Positions 56,648-64,000 of a DNA stretch of 64,000 bases are shown one piece after another. Source of the stretch: Peptococcaceae bacterium (GTDB taxonomy: Bacteria > Bacillota > Peptococcia > DRI-13 > PHAD01); the NCBI GenBank assembly GCA_024655825.1, contig JANLFJ010000016.1, positions 1,086-65,085 of the forward strand, read 5' to 3'. Position 1 is the first letter of the stretch; every line of letters starts with the position of its first letter. Both the position numbers and the translations under genes were made by a program. The notes below the pieces were generated by a model. That model made no database searches, was not told the DNA's origin, and saw nothing but the letters and a program-made list of their open reading frames with translations.

Positions 56648-56872
56648 TCAGCGGCGAAAAACCAGGTTCAATAACAGGGTCAGCACCAGGCTGAGAATGA
56701 TCGAGGTGACCAGTGGAAAATAAAAAGTGAAATTTCCTTTGCGGAAAATAATGTCTCCCGGAAGACGGCCGATCCCGCTTATTTTGCTTATCGCCAGGAG
56801 AAACAGCCCCATCAGAACAATAAAGGCACCCAGGCTAATCAATACCCTGGCCATTCCGGAAAAATCGTTCAT
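56648..56872 (-). CDS. DUF2905 small membrane protein
   Basis: 74 aa. ...GRLPGDIIFRKGNFTFYFPLVTSIILS... is characteristic of the family. Confidence 0.8.
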   Translation of the reverse strand: MNDFSGMARVLISLGAFIVLMGLFLLAISKISGIGRLPGDIIFRKGNFTFYFPLVTSIILSLVLTLLLNLVFRR

Positions 56873-56884
56873 TCTTTCATCCCC

Positions 56885-57451
56885 CTATTGCTTTTTCAGC
56901 TCCTGATTTTTGCCTGCTTTTTTCAAAGGCAGGTGCCTGTCCCTTTCGCTGTAAATACACCCGCAGTACTGCTGGCGGTACATCTGTTCTTCCCTGGAAA
57001 TCCTGACCCCTTCACGGTAACCGGGCCGGAAATCGTGATAATAAAATGGAATGCCCATCTCCTCACCGGCCGCCTCCCCGATGTCCTTTATCAGGTCGTG
57101 TTTCTGCATGGGGCTGACCAGAAGGGTTGAAGAAAAAGCGTCAAAACCTCCTTTTTTGGCAACCCGGGCGGCTCTTCGCAAGCGCATCCCGTAGCAAATA
57201 CGGCAGCGGTCTCCTTCCCGGAACGACACGCCGCGCAGGAACTCGTCCAGCTCGTACTCGCTGTCGATTATTACGGGAAGACCCGTCTTCTCCACGTACT
57301 GTTCAAAGGTTTCCAGCCGTTTTCTAAACTCGGTGTACGGGTGAATATTGGGGTTATAAAAATACCCCGTAAGGTCATGCCCCTGCTCTGTTAACTCTTT
57401 GACCGGGAAAATGCTGCACGGCCCGCAGCAGGCATGCAGTAATATTTTCAA
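56885..57451 (-). CDS. queH: Epoxyqueuosine reductase QueH (DUF208)
   Basis: 188 aa. MKILLHACCGPCS... and C-terminal CxxC/CGC motifs. Confidence 0.88.
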   Translation of the reverse strand: MKILLHACCGPCSIFPVKELTEQGHDLTGYFYNPNIHPYTEFRKRLETFEQYVEKTGLPVIIDSEYELDEFLRGVSFREGDRCRICYGMRLRRAARVAKKGGFDAFSSTLLVSPMQKHDLIKDIGEAAGEEMGIPFYYHDFRPGYREGVRISREEQMYRQQYCGCIYSERDRHLPLKKAGKNQELKKQ

Positions 57452-57464
57452 AGCAGTCCGCCTC

Positions 57465-58490
57465 CTACCACAGCGTTAAATTGGGATCCTCGTTTTTATC
57501 ATAACTGATATTCAGGTGCCGGTAGGCAAGAGGGGTGGCTACCCTTCCCCGCGGGGTACGCTGCAGGAAACCGATCTGCAGCAAAAACGGCTCGTAGACA
57601 TCCTCAATCGTTACCGTTTCCTCGCTGATGGAAGCAGCCAGCGTTTCTAATCCCACCGGACCTCCTCCGAATTTCTGGATTATGGTGAGCAGCATCTGGC
57701 GATCAATGGCATCAAGGCCGAGATGATCCACTTCCAGCAAATCCAGCGCTTGGTCGGCCAGCTGGCTGGTGATGACCTTCTCTCCCTGGACCTGGGCAAA
57801 ATCCCGGACCCTTTTTAAAAGACGGTTGCCGATGCGGGGAGTTCCCCGGGAACGCTTGCCGATTTCCAAAGCTCCCAAGGGATCAATCCCTATCTTCAAA
57901 ATGCGGGCCGCCCTTTCTATAATTGTAACCAGGTCTTCCTCCCGATAAAAGTCCAGGCGGCTGACGACACCGAACCTGTCTCTTAAAGGGGCGGTGAGGT
58001 TTCCGATCCTCGTGGTGGCTCCCACCAGGGTAAACGGGGGCAGTTCAAGGCGGATCGAGCGCGCGCTGGGTCCTTTGCCGATCACTATATCCAGGGCAAA
58101 GTCCTCCATCGCCGGGTAAAGGACCTCTTCCACCGCGCGGTTAAGGCGGTGGATCTCATCGATAAACAGGATATCACGCGGCTGAAGATTGGTCAAAATG
58201 GCAGCCAGGTCGCCGGGGCGTTCAATGGCGGGCCCTGAAGTTGCCCGGATCTGGGCTTCCATTTCCGTGGCGATGATATAGGCCAGGGTTGTCTTTCCCA
58301 AACCCGGCGGACCATAGAGCAAAACATGGTCGAGCGCCTCTTTCCTCTGTTTTGCTGCTTCTATGAACACGGCCAGGTTTTCTTTAACCTTGTCCTGCCC
58401 GATGTAGTCCCGCAAGCGGTGGGGCCTCAGCTTTTGCTCATCTGCTTCCTCTTCCGTCACGGCCGGTGTGATTATTCTTTCTTCATTCAT
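57465..58490 (-). CDS. ruvB: Holliday junction branch-migration helicase RuvB
   Basis: 341 aa. GPPGLGKTT Walker A and FIDEIHRL Walker B. Confidence 0.97.
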   Translation of the reverse strand: MNEERIITPAVTEEEADEQKLRPHRLRDYIGQDKVKENLAVFIEAAKQRKEALDHVLLYGPPGLGKTTLAYIIATEMEAQIRATSGPAIERPGDLAAILTNLQPRDILFIDEIHRLNRAVEEVLYPAMEDFALDIVIGKGPSARSIRLELPPFTLVGATTRIGNLTAPLRDRFGVVSRLDFYREEDLVTIIERAARILKIGIDPLGALEIGKRSRGTPRIGNRLLKRVRDFAQVQGEKVITSQLADQALDLLEVDHLGLDAIDRQMLLTIIQKFGGGPVGLETLAASISEETVTIEDVYEPFLLQIGFLQRTPRGRVATPLAYRHLNISYDKNEDPNLTLW

Positions 58491-58505
58491 GGTTTCCTCC
58501 AGAAC

Positions 58506-59117
58506 TTAATATTTTGCCAGTGATTTAAAGGCTATACGCAGCAGCTCCTCAACGGATTGCTTACCCGACGAGGGATCGGGAAACGGTACGGCTTTCTGGG
58601 CTTCAGGCAGGGTGTAGCCCAAGGCCAAGAGAGCAGCCACAGCTTCCTCTCTCGCCTCGGCAAAGGACTGGGCTGTCCCCGGCCCGGCGTACTCCAGCAT
58701 TTCCTGTTTCCCGACCTTATCCTTCAGTTCAAGAATTATTCTTTCGGCTGTTTTTTTCCCCACTCCCGGTATAGCGGAAAAAACCGCAGCGTCGCCAACC
58801 AGAATTGCCCTCTTCAGTTCCGGCACCCTTAATCTGGAAAGGATCGCCAGGGCCAGTTTGGGTCCAATACCGGAAACGGACATCAGCATGACAAAGAATT
58901 CTTTTTCTTCAGAACTGAAAAACCCGAAAAGACTTAAATCATCTTCTCGAATATGAAGGTACGTATAAAGAGCGATCTCCTCCCGCAGCGGAGGAAGAGA
59001 TTCCCAGGTAAAGGCCGGAACAAAAATGCGGCAGCCCAGCCCGCCAGTCTGGACAACCACATAGTTTGTTCCTTTGGCAACCAGCCGGCCTTGTATAAAT
59101 TCCAGCAACATTCTCAC
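58506..59117 (-). CDS. ruvA: Holliday junction DNA helicase RuvA
   Basis: 203 aa. HhH motifs (VSGIGPKLA, IPGVGKKTAERI). Confidence 0.95.
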   Translation of the reverse strand: MRMLLEFIQGRLVAKGTNYVVVQTGGLGCRIFVPAFTWESLPPLREEIALYTYLHIREDDLSLFGFFSSEEKEFFVMLMSVSGIGPKLALAILSRLRVPELKRAILVGDAAVFSAIPGVGKKTAERIILELKDKVGKQEMLEYAGPGTAQSFAEAREEAVAALLALGYTLPEAQKAVPFPDPSSGKQSVEELLRIAFKSLAKY

Positions 59118-59138
59118 CCTTTCGACACCAACTTACAG

Positions 59139-59621
59139 TCAACGCAAAACCGAATGAAAAGAGTGCCCGTGACAGATGGCCACGGCCAGGGCATCAGCCG
59201 CATCGTCAGGCTTGGGTATTTCCGGGAGGTTAAGAATCGCTCTGACCATGAACTGCACCTGCTGCTTTTCCGCCCTTCCGTAGCCGACCACCGCCTGCTT
59301 CACCTGCAGCGGCGTGTATTCGAAAACAGGTAAACCTTTCAAATGCGAAGCCAAAATGATAACACCCCTGGCCTGCCCCACCACCAGCGCAGTCTTCAAA
59401 TTCTTATTGAAGAATAATTCTTCAATAGCCAAGTGCTGCGGTTTAAAATTGTCGATAACACGGTTGATTCCCAAAAAAATCTCATAGAGTCTCTGCGCTG
59501 CGTCCTTCTCCTTTGCGCTCCTAATAACCCCGTATTCAATGGGCATAAAACTGCTCCCTTTTTGCTCCAGAACCCCATAGCCGGTGGCGGCTGTGCCCGG
59601 GTCCACTCCGAGAATAATCAT
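59139..59621 (-). CDS. ruvC: Crossover junction endodeoxyribonuclease RuvC
   Basis: 160 aa from MIILGVDPGT with a GGAGAGGAAAAG SD. The ORF-track start at 59657 adds 12 residues. Confidence 0.93.
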   Translation of the reverse strand: MIILGVDPGTAATGYGVLEQKGSSFMPIEYGVIRSAKEKDAAQRLYEIFLGINRVIDNFKPQHLAIEELFFNKNLKTALVVGQARGVIILASHLKGLPVFEYTPLQVKQAVVGYGRAEKQQVQFMVRAILNLPEIPKPDDAADALAVAICHGHSFHSVLR

Positions 59622-59696
59622 CTTTTCCTCTCCATCTCTATCGCGGCGCCCATCCATTTATTCTCCGTTTACAGGGGATTATCCTGCTGTCGGAGC

Positions 59697-59737
59697 AAAT
59701 AAAAAAGAGGCTTCCTGCTTCCTGGGCAAGGCCTCTT
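59697..59737 (-). terminator. Terminator hairpin after the BofC-like gene
   Basis: Minus strand reads AGAGGC-(imperfect stem/loop)-GCCTCT followed by TTTTTATTT. It is bidirectional in appearance. Confidence 0.55.
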
Positions 59738-59738
59738 T

Positions 59739-60335
59739 TTATTCATCCAGGCTGTCAAGCGTGGCAACCAGTTCATCCCAGTCAATAAACTCAAAGGCGC
59801 TGTTTTTAATTTTTTCCTGCAATTCAGCCGGCAGATCAACAATCCTGATCCCGGTTTCCTGGACGATCCCGCCTTCCGTACCAACCCTTGACGGTCCCAG
59901 GTACACCGCTATCTTTTCGCCTGTCCCGTCAGGAGCAAGATGCCATCGTTTCCTGTGCAGGGGACACAGTCCGGGTTTAATTTGCCGGAGTACGACTTTA
60001 CTTCCCTGCCAGCTCACTTCCCATCCCGCTTCTTGCGGGTACTTGATTTTCAGTTCGTCCTCCGACAGATTATTAAGTTCGGCCCTCGCCGCTCCCTCGA
60101 GCAGCGATTCATCCCCGCAGGAAAGCTCAAATTTCCGGCAGAGGGAATACTCATCCTTTATGTATACCGCCGTCCCGGGCCCAATAACATTGGACCTTAC
60201 AGGAAGCGCCGCGACCTGCCCTCTGCCTTTATCCTCCTGCGGCAGGGCGGTCATATAACGATAGAACGCGAAAAAGCTGAGGCCAGCAGCCAAGAAAAGC
60301 CAGAAATAAAGGTGTTTGTATTGTTTCCAGGACAT
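59739..60335 (-). CDS. bofC: BofC-like protein (BofC C-terminal domain)
   Basis: 198 aa. N-terminal TM/signal sequence. C-terminal ...GEKIAVYLGPSRVGTEGGIVQETGIRIVDLPAELQEKI... resembles the BofC_C domain. It sits next to the ruv genes, as bofC does in B. subtilis. Confidence 0.5.
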   Translation of the reverse strand: MSWKQYKHLYFWLFLAAGLSFFAFYRYMTALPQEDKGRGQVAALPVRSNVIGPGTAVYIKDEYSLCRKFELSCGDESLLEGAARAELNNLSEDELKIKYPQEAGWEVSWQGSKVVLRQIKPGLCPLHRKRWHLAPDGTGEKIAVYLGPSRVGTEGGIVQETGIRIVDLPAELQEKIKNSAFEFIDWDELVATLDSLDE

Positions 60336-60410
60336 AAACTTACCTTCCCAGTATTATCCATAACTATTACCCATAGCATGACCAAATGCTCGAAAAAGTA
60401 TACACATTAC

Positions 60411-61166
60411 CTAAATCCCGGCCATCAGTTCGTCCGGTATTTCAAAATTGGTATAACTGTTCTGGACATCATCATGCTCATCAAGACGCTCCATCAGGCG
60501 TAAAAGAAGCCTTGCCTGCTCAGGGTCCTTTACTTCCACCGTGTTTTTGGGAATCATTGTGATCTCGGCGTCCTCAGAGGCTATCCCTTCCTTTTCCAGC
60601 CCTTCCTTCACGGACTGGAAGTCTTGCGGGGAAGTGATGATTTCTACTGTCTCGTCATCACCGGTCCTGATATCTTCCGCACCTTTGTCCAGCGCCAAGA
60701 GCAGCAAATCGTCCTCAGACAAGCTCAGTCCTTCCTTATTGATTGTAAGTACACCCTTTTCTTCGAACATCCAGCTGACGCAGCCCGTTTCACCCAGGTT
60801 TCCTCCGTTTTTTGAAAAAATGTGGCGTATCTCTCCGGCTGTCCTGTTCCTGTTATCCGTAAGAACACTTACCATAATGGCGGCTCCGCCCGGCCCGTAG
60901 CCTTCATAAACAAGCTCTTCCAAATCACCGCTTTCCTGTCCGCCTGCCCCCCGCTGTATGGCTCTTTGGATGTTTTCATTGGGCATGTTGGCAGCCTTGG
61001 CCTTCTGAATAGCTATCTTTAAACGGAAATTGGCTTCAGGGTTAGGGCCTCCAATTTTCGCCGCGACAATCAGCTCCCGCCCCAGTTTTGTGAACGCCTT
61101 CCCTTTTTGTTCGTCCTGCTTACCTTTCCTGTGCTTTATGTTCGCCCACTTCGAATGGCCGGACAT
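60411..61166 (-). CDS. YebC/PmpR-family transcriptional regulator
   Basis: 251 aa from [18 protein letters not shown]. Confidence 0.93.
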   Translation of the reverse strand: MSGHSKWANIKHRKGKQDEQKGKAFTKLGRELIVAAKIGGPNPEANFRLKIAIQKAKAANMPNENIQRAIQRGAGGQESGDLEELVYEGYGPGGAAIMVSVLTDNRNRTAGEIRHIFSKNGGNLGETGCVSWMFEEKGVLTINKEGLSLSEDDLLLLALDKGAEDIRTGDDETVEIITSPQDFQSVKEGLEKEGIASEDAEITMIPKNTVEVKDPEQARLLLRLMERLDEHDDVQNSYTNFEIPDELMAGI

Positions 61167-61202
61167 ATACAAAAAACCTCCCTTTAAAATTATAAAAAAC
61201 TT

Positions 61203-61922
61203 CTATTTCAAGATAAAAACCTTCACCGACCGGCGCCCCCATCGTAAAGCCTCGTCCCTGGTTTCAAAAAACAGGTCAATGCGGTTTCCTCTGATGGCGC
61301 TGCCAGTATCAAGGGCTGCAGCATAACCGTAGCCGTCAACATACAACCGTGTACCCAGGGGTATTACACGGGGATCAACCGCTGCAATTCCCCTTGACGG
61401 CCATACATCCGTAGAGGTTCGGCTGCCCGTATGCGTATATCCCGTCGCCTTCATCTCAAGCATTTCCTTAAATTCTATAGAGTTACCGCCCCTGGAAACT
61501 GTCGTCAGTGTGCCGACTGCCACCACCTGTCTGACGGGTTTCCTGACCTGCACACTCTCGATCAATTTGCGCGCCGTCTCTTGACCATCTTCCAAAATCA
61601 CCTCATAAACACGCAATTCCAGCCCGGGGATTCCTTTTTGGAGAATACGCTGTTCGCCTTTATATAAACTGTTATCCGGCACTTTTTCAATAGGAAAATC
61701 AATTCTCTTTTGTTCCGAAACGCTTTTCTTTTCAACCAGAACGGTTCTTGTCGGTGGATCAACCTGCACAGTCATGTCGCTTTTCGCGCTGCCGGGTACA
61801 ATTATTGCTTGATTATCGTTAATCACTGGCGGTTCTCCATTTTTAGCCAAAAGAAAATACCCCGCAATCACGAAAAAAAGGGAGGCCGTTATTAATAAGG
61901 TGCCCTTTTGGTAAGGCTTCAA
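61203..61922 (-). CDS. G5 + 3D domain cell-wall protein (YabE/RpfB-like)
   Basis: 239 aa. TM anchor, G5-like middle region (...EQRILQKGIPGLELRVYEV...), and a 3D domain (ATGYTHTGSRTSTD...IAVDPRVIPLGTRLYVDGYG). TTG start 7 nt after GGAGGTG. Confidence 0.85.
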   Translation of the reverse strand: MKPYQKGTLLITASLFFVIAGYFLLAKNGEPPVINDNQAIIVPGSAKSDMTVQVDPPTRTVLVEKKSVSEQKRIDFPIEKVPDNSLYKGEQRILQKGIPGLELRVYEVILEDGQETARKLIESVQVRKPVRQVVAVGTLTTVSRGGNSIEFKEMLEMKATGYTHTGSRTSTDVWPSRGIAAVDPRVIPLGTRLYVDGYGYAAALDTGSAIRGNRIDLFFETRDEALRWGRRSVKVFILK

Positions 61923-62057
61923 AGCTGTGTCACCTCCATGTAAGGAGTTTCGACAAAGGCGGTTGAATTCCTCCTCTTCATGCCTTTGCCTCGTTTGCGT
62001 GTTTTCATGCCGCTAAAAGAAATTGACCTGCCGGCTAATCCTAACAAGTCAACCAGT

Positions 62058-62447
62058 TTACCTCTTGGTTTTCCCAGGTTCTTTAATGATTTCTTTCAAA
62101 TGATCAACCGCGCGCTGAAAATTTTCTCTAAACAGCGTGAGCTGTTCCTCCCGGCCGGTATGGATATAATCAATCAGGTACACATAGGTGGAAGCCAGTT
62201 GCCCTAAACTTTCCGAAAGGTCATTTCTTCCGAGCTCCTTGGCCTTTATCCCGTATTCGGATATTTGTTCCCAGATGGTTCTGGCCAGTTTTATATCTTT
62301 CATTTCAATAGCTTTGTTCGTCATTTGAACAGTATTATCAAGTAAGTTAGAAAGCGCTTCCGGGTTGTCTGCCTTCTGCCCGCTGCAGCCTGCCAAAAAG
62401 AGGTGTAACAAAAGGAGAAGCAGCAAAACGGAGCTGGACTTTTTCAT
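62058..62447 (-). CDS. Small helical lipoprotein, function unknown
   Basis: 129 aa. Lipobox LFLAGCSG. GAGGAG SD upstream. Confidence 0.7.
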   Translation of the reverse strand: MKKSSSVLLLLLLLHLFLAGCSGQKADNPEALSNLLDNTVQMTNKAIEMKDIKLARTIWEQISEYGIKAKELGRNDLSESLGQLASTYVYLIDYIHTGREEQLTLFRENFQRAVDHLKEIIKEPGKTKR

Positions 62448-62607
62448 GGTTTCACTCCTCGTTCACCAGGTTAAATATAGTATTGGACACTATTTCCTTG
62501 TTTAACCATCCTCGGTCATGATTAGAAACAAGAAAACAGGTTTCCCTACTATTATATATTATATGTCTTAACGCTGAAAGTTCTATTTTGAGACTGGCGA
62601 TTTTTCC

Positions 62608-63837
62608 TCAGTTGAACCGCGGAAGAACAATTTCAAATTCTGTTCCCTTGTCAAGTTGCGAGGAAACATTAATTTTTCCGTGGTGGTTCTCTATAATCGA
62701 GTAACAAACGCTTAAACCAAGTCCTGTGCCGTTTTCCTTTGTAGTGTAAAACGGGTTGAATATCTTTTGCATCTGCTCGCCGGTCATTCCGGAACCGGTA
62801 TCTTCCACCTTGATATAGACATTGTTCTGGTCATATTCAGTTATCAGTTTTAGAATTTTGACCTTGCTGCCCTGCATGGCATCAATACTGTTCAAAACAA
62901 TATTAACAACAACCTGCTTGATCTGATCATAATCGCACAGGATATTGGGCATATCCGGCGCCAGTATCAAGTCTATCCTGATGTTGTTGCTCATACAATG
63001 GGCCTCCAGCAGTATGCTGATGTCCTCCATCGTGCGGTTAATATTGTGCATTGTCAGCTTGGGCTTCACAGGTTTGGCAAACTGCAGAAAATCCTTTAAC
63101 AGGCTGTCTACCCGCTCGATCTCTTGATCGATTAACTCCAGGTAGTTCTGCATTACCATCTTGTCTTTCATCAACTGGTATTTATAAAGCAGCTGCACCA
63201 AGCCCTTTATTGTGGTCAAAGGGTTACGCACCTCATGGGCAATCCCCGCAGCCATCTGGCCAATCGCGGCAAGTTTTTCCCTTTCCTGCAGTTTTTGTTT
63301 TTCCACCTGCATCTGTCTTTCCAATTCCATGGAAGAGTTAACAAGCAAGCCTATCACCCAGATAAAACTCAAATAGATAAACATGTAATCAAACTCAAAC
63401 CTTTTTCCCATTCCCTGGTTTATCAGAATGACAGATGTGGTCATAAAAGCGGTCAATACTGTATAAAACATGGAGTACCGCAGCGCCATGATCACCGTAG
63501 GCAGGGCAATGATGATTTGTATTGACGGGTTTTGCGTTTCCACCATTAGTTTTGCCGCCATGTACAGGTAAAGCAAGCGGAAAATGACCTCAGCCTTTGA
63601 AGGTTTTGTGTCTCTTCCACTGTAGTATAGGATAATGCTGTAAATAAGAGCGATGGATATGTTTACAATCAGCGGGCTGTACAGGCCGAAATCAAAACCT
63701 TCCGGTTGTTCTTTTTTAATAATGAGAATGCAAATAAACGCCAGGTAAACGTATTCGACAACAAAACTAAACTGTCTTATCCGGTTTAAAGAGTATCCTC
63801 CTTTAAAAAACCTCACAGGAACCTGTCCTCTTTTCAT
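62608..63837 (-). CDS. Polytopic membrane sensor histidine kinase (no adjacent response regulator; KinB-like architecture)
   Basis: 409 aa. About 6 TM helices, then H-box (AAGIAHEVRNPLTTIKG) and HATPase (DTGSGM, GTGLGLSVCYSII). Confidence 0.88.
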   Translation of the reverse strand: MKRGQVPVRFFKGGYSLNRIRQFSFVVEYVYLAFICILIIKKEQPEGFDFGLYSPLIVNISIALIYSIILYYSGRDTKPSKAEVIFRLLYLYMAAKLMVETQNPSIQIIIALPTVIMALRYSMFYTVLTAFMTTSVILINQGMGKRFEFDYMFIYLSFIWVIGLLVNSSMELERQMQVEKQKLQEREKLAAIGQMAAGIAHEVRNPLTTIKGLVQLLYKYQLMKDKMVMQNYLELIDQEIERVDSLLKDFLQFAKPVKPKLTMHNINRTMEDISILLEAHCMSNNIRIDLILAPDMPNILCDYDQIKQVVVNIVLNSIDAMQGSKVKILKLITEYDQNNVYIKVEDTGSGMTGEQMQKIFNPFYTTKENGTGLGLSVCYSIIENHHGKINVSSQLDKGTEFEIVLPRFN

Positions 63838-63872
63838 AATTTCTGGAGGGACTCCATTAATATTTGTTTTTA

Positions 63873-63901
63873 ATACTAACCCATTAATTACCGTTAATCA
63901 A
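63873..63901 (-). promoter_or_regulatory. Candidate promoter of the 62608-63837 kinase gene
   Basis: Minus strand reads TTGATT-17 nt-TAGTAT, about 35 nt upstream of the ATG. Confidence 0.35.
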
Positions 63902-63907
63902 TATAAA

Positions 63908-63949
63908 CAAAAAAACTAAGGCCTTCTTGTCGAATCAAGAAGAACTTAG
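63908..63949 (-). terminator. Rho-independent terminator of the rRNA operon
   Basis: Minus strand reads CTAAGTTCTTCTTG-attcga-CAAGAAGGCCTTAG followed by TTTTTTTG, directly after the 5S 3' end. Confidence 0.85.
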
Positions 63950-63957
63950 TCAGAATT

Positions 63958-64000
63958 CCTGGCGGCGACATACTCTCCCAGGCCACCAGGGCCAAGTACC
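63958..64000 (-). rRNA. rrf: 5S rRNA, 3' terminal 43 nt (rest lies beyond the window)
   Basis: The reverse complement GGTACTTGGCCCTGGTGGCCTGGGAGAGTATGTCGCCGCCAGG matches the conserved 3' helix pattern of bacterial 5S (...GGGAGAGTAGGTCGCCGCCAGG). Confidence 0.85.

Noticed and set aside
61923-62057. c-di-AMP (ydaO) riboswitch upstream of the G5/3D cell-wall gene, a common association
   Set aside because: I found no ACGGGG/CCGA-type conserved cores or pseudo-twofold layout in the 135-nt leader.

Overview
This is a Firmicutes-type (Clostridia, Peptococcaceae-like spore-former) chromosomal core region. I support 61 CDS, one candidate 6S RNA and a partial 5S rRNA, and all of them lie on the minus strand. 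Gene order follows the conserved Bacillus yrr/yrv block: bofC-ruvCAB-queH...queA-tgt-yajC-secDF-recJ-relA-dtd-hisS-aspS-(6S)-tcdA-rarA-mnmA-alaS-ireB-ruvX-DUF1292-mltG-U32. Lineage-specific genes are inserted into that block. The low-coordinate end is metabolic. It holds a LarA-like gene and a complete hdrCBA-flxDCBA cluster that runs with a 6-nt gap into a LytS/LytTR two-component pair. After a terminator comes a TAXI-type TRAP transporter, whose permease gene runs off the window and is missing from the ORF track. I found no CRISPR array, transposase, integrase or prophage signature. The items most worth follow-up are: (1) a single 1,200-aa ORF fusing RecJ, a HIRAN-like domain and a RecQ-like helicase; (2) an unclassified structured leader with a strong intrinsic terminator upstream of a degenerate-GGDEF/EAL + DUF2294 operon, plus an out-of-frame SD/ATG next to a G6 run; (3) a 6S-RNA-like element downstream of aspS; (4) a CsoR-type repressor with a perfect C6/G5 palindromic operator controlling thioredoxin rather than copper efflux; (5) the Hdr-Flx/LytST/TRAP linkage. 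All protein calls come from reading the translations and recognising motifs by eye. No database search was run.
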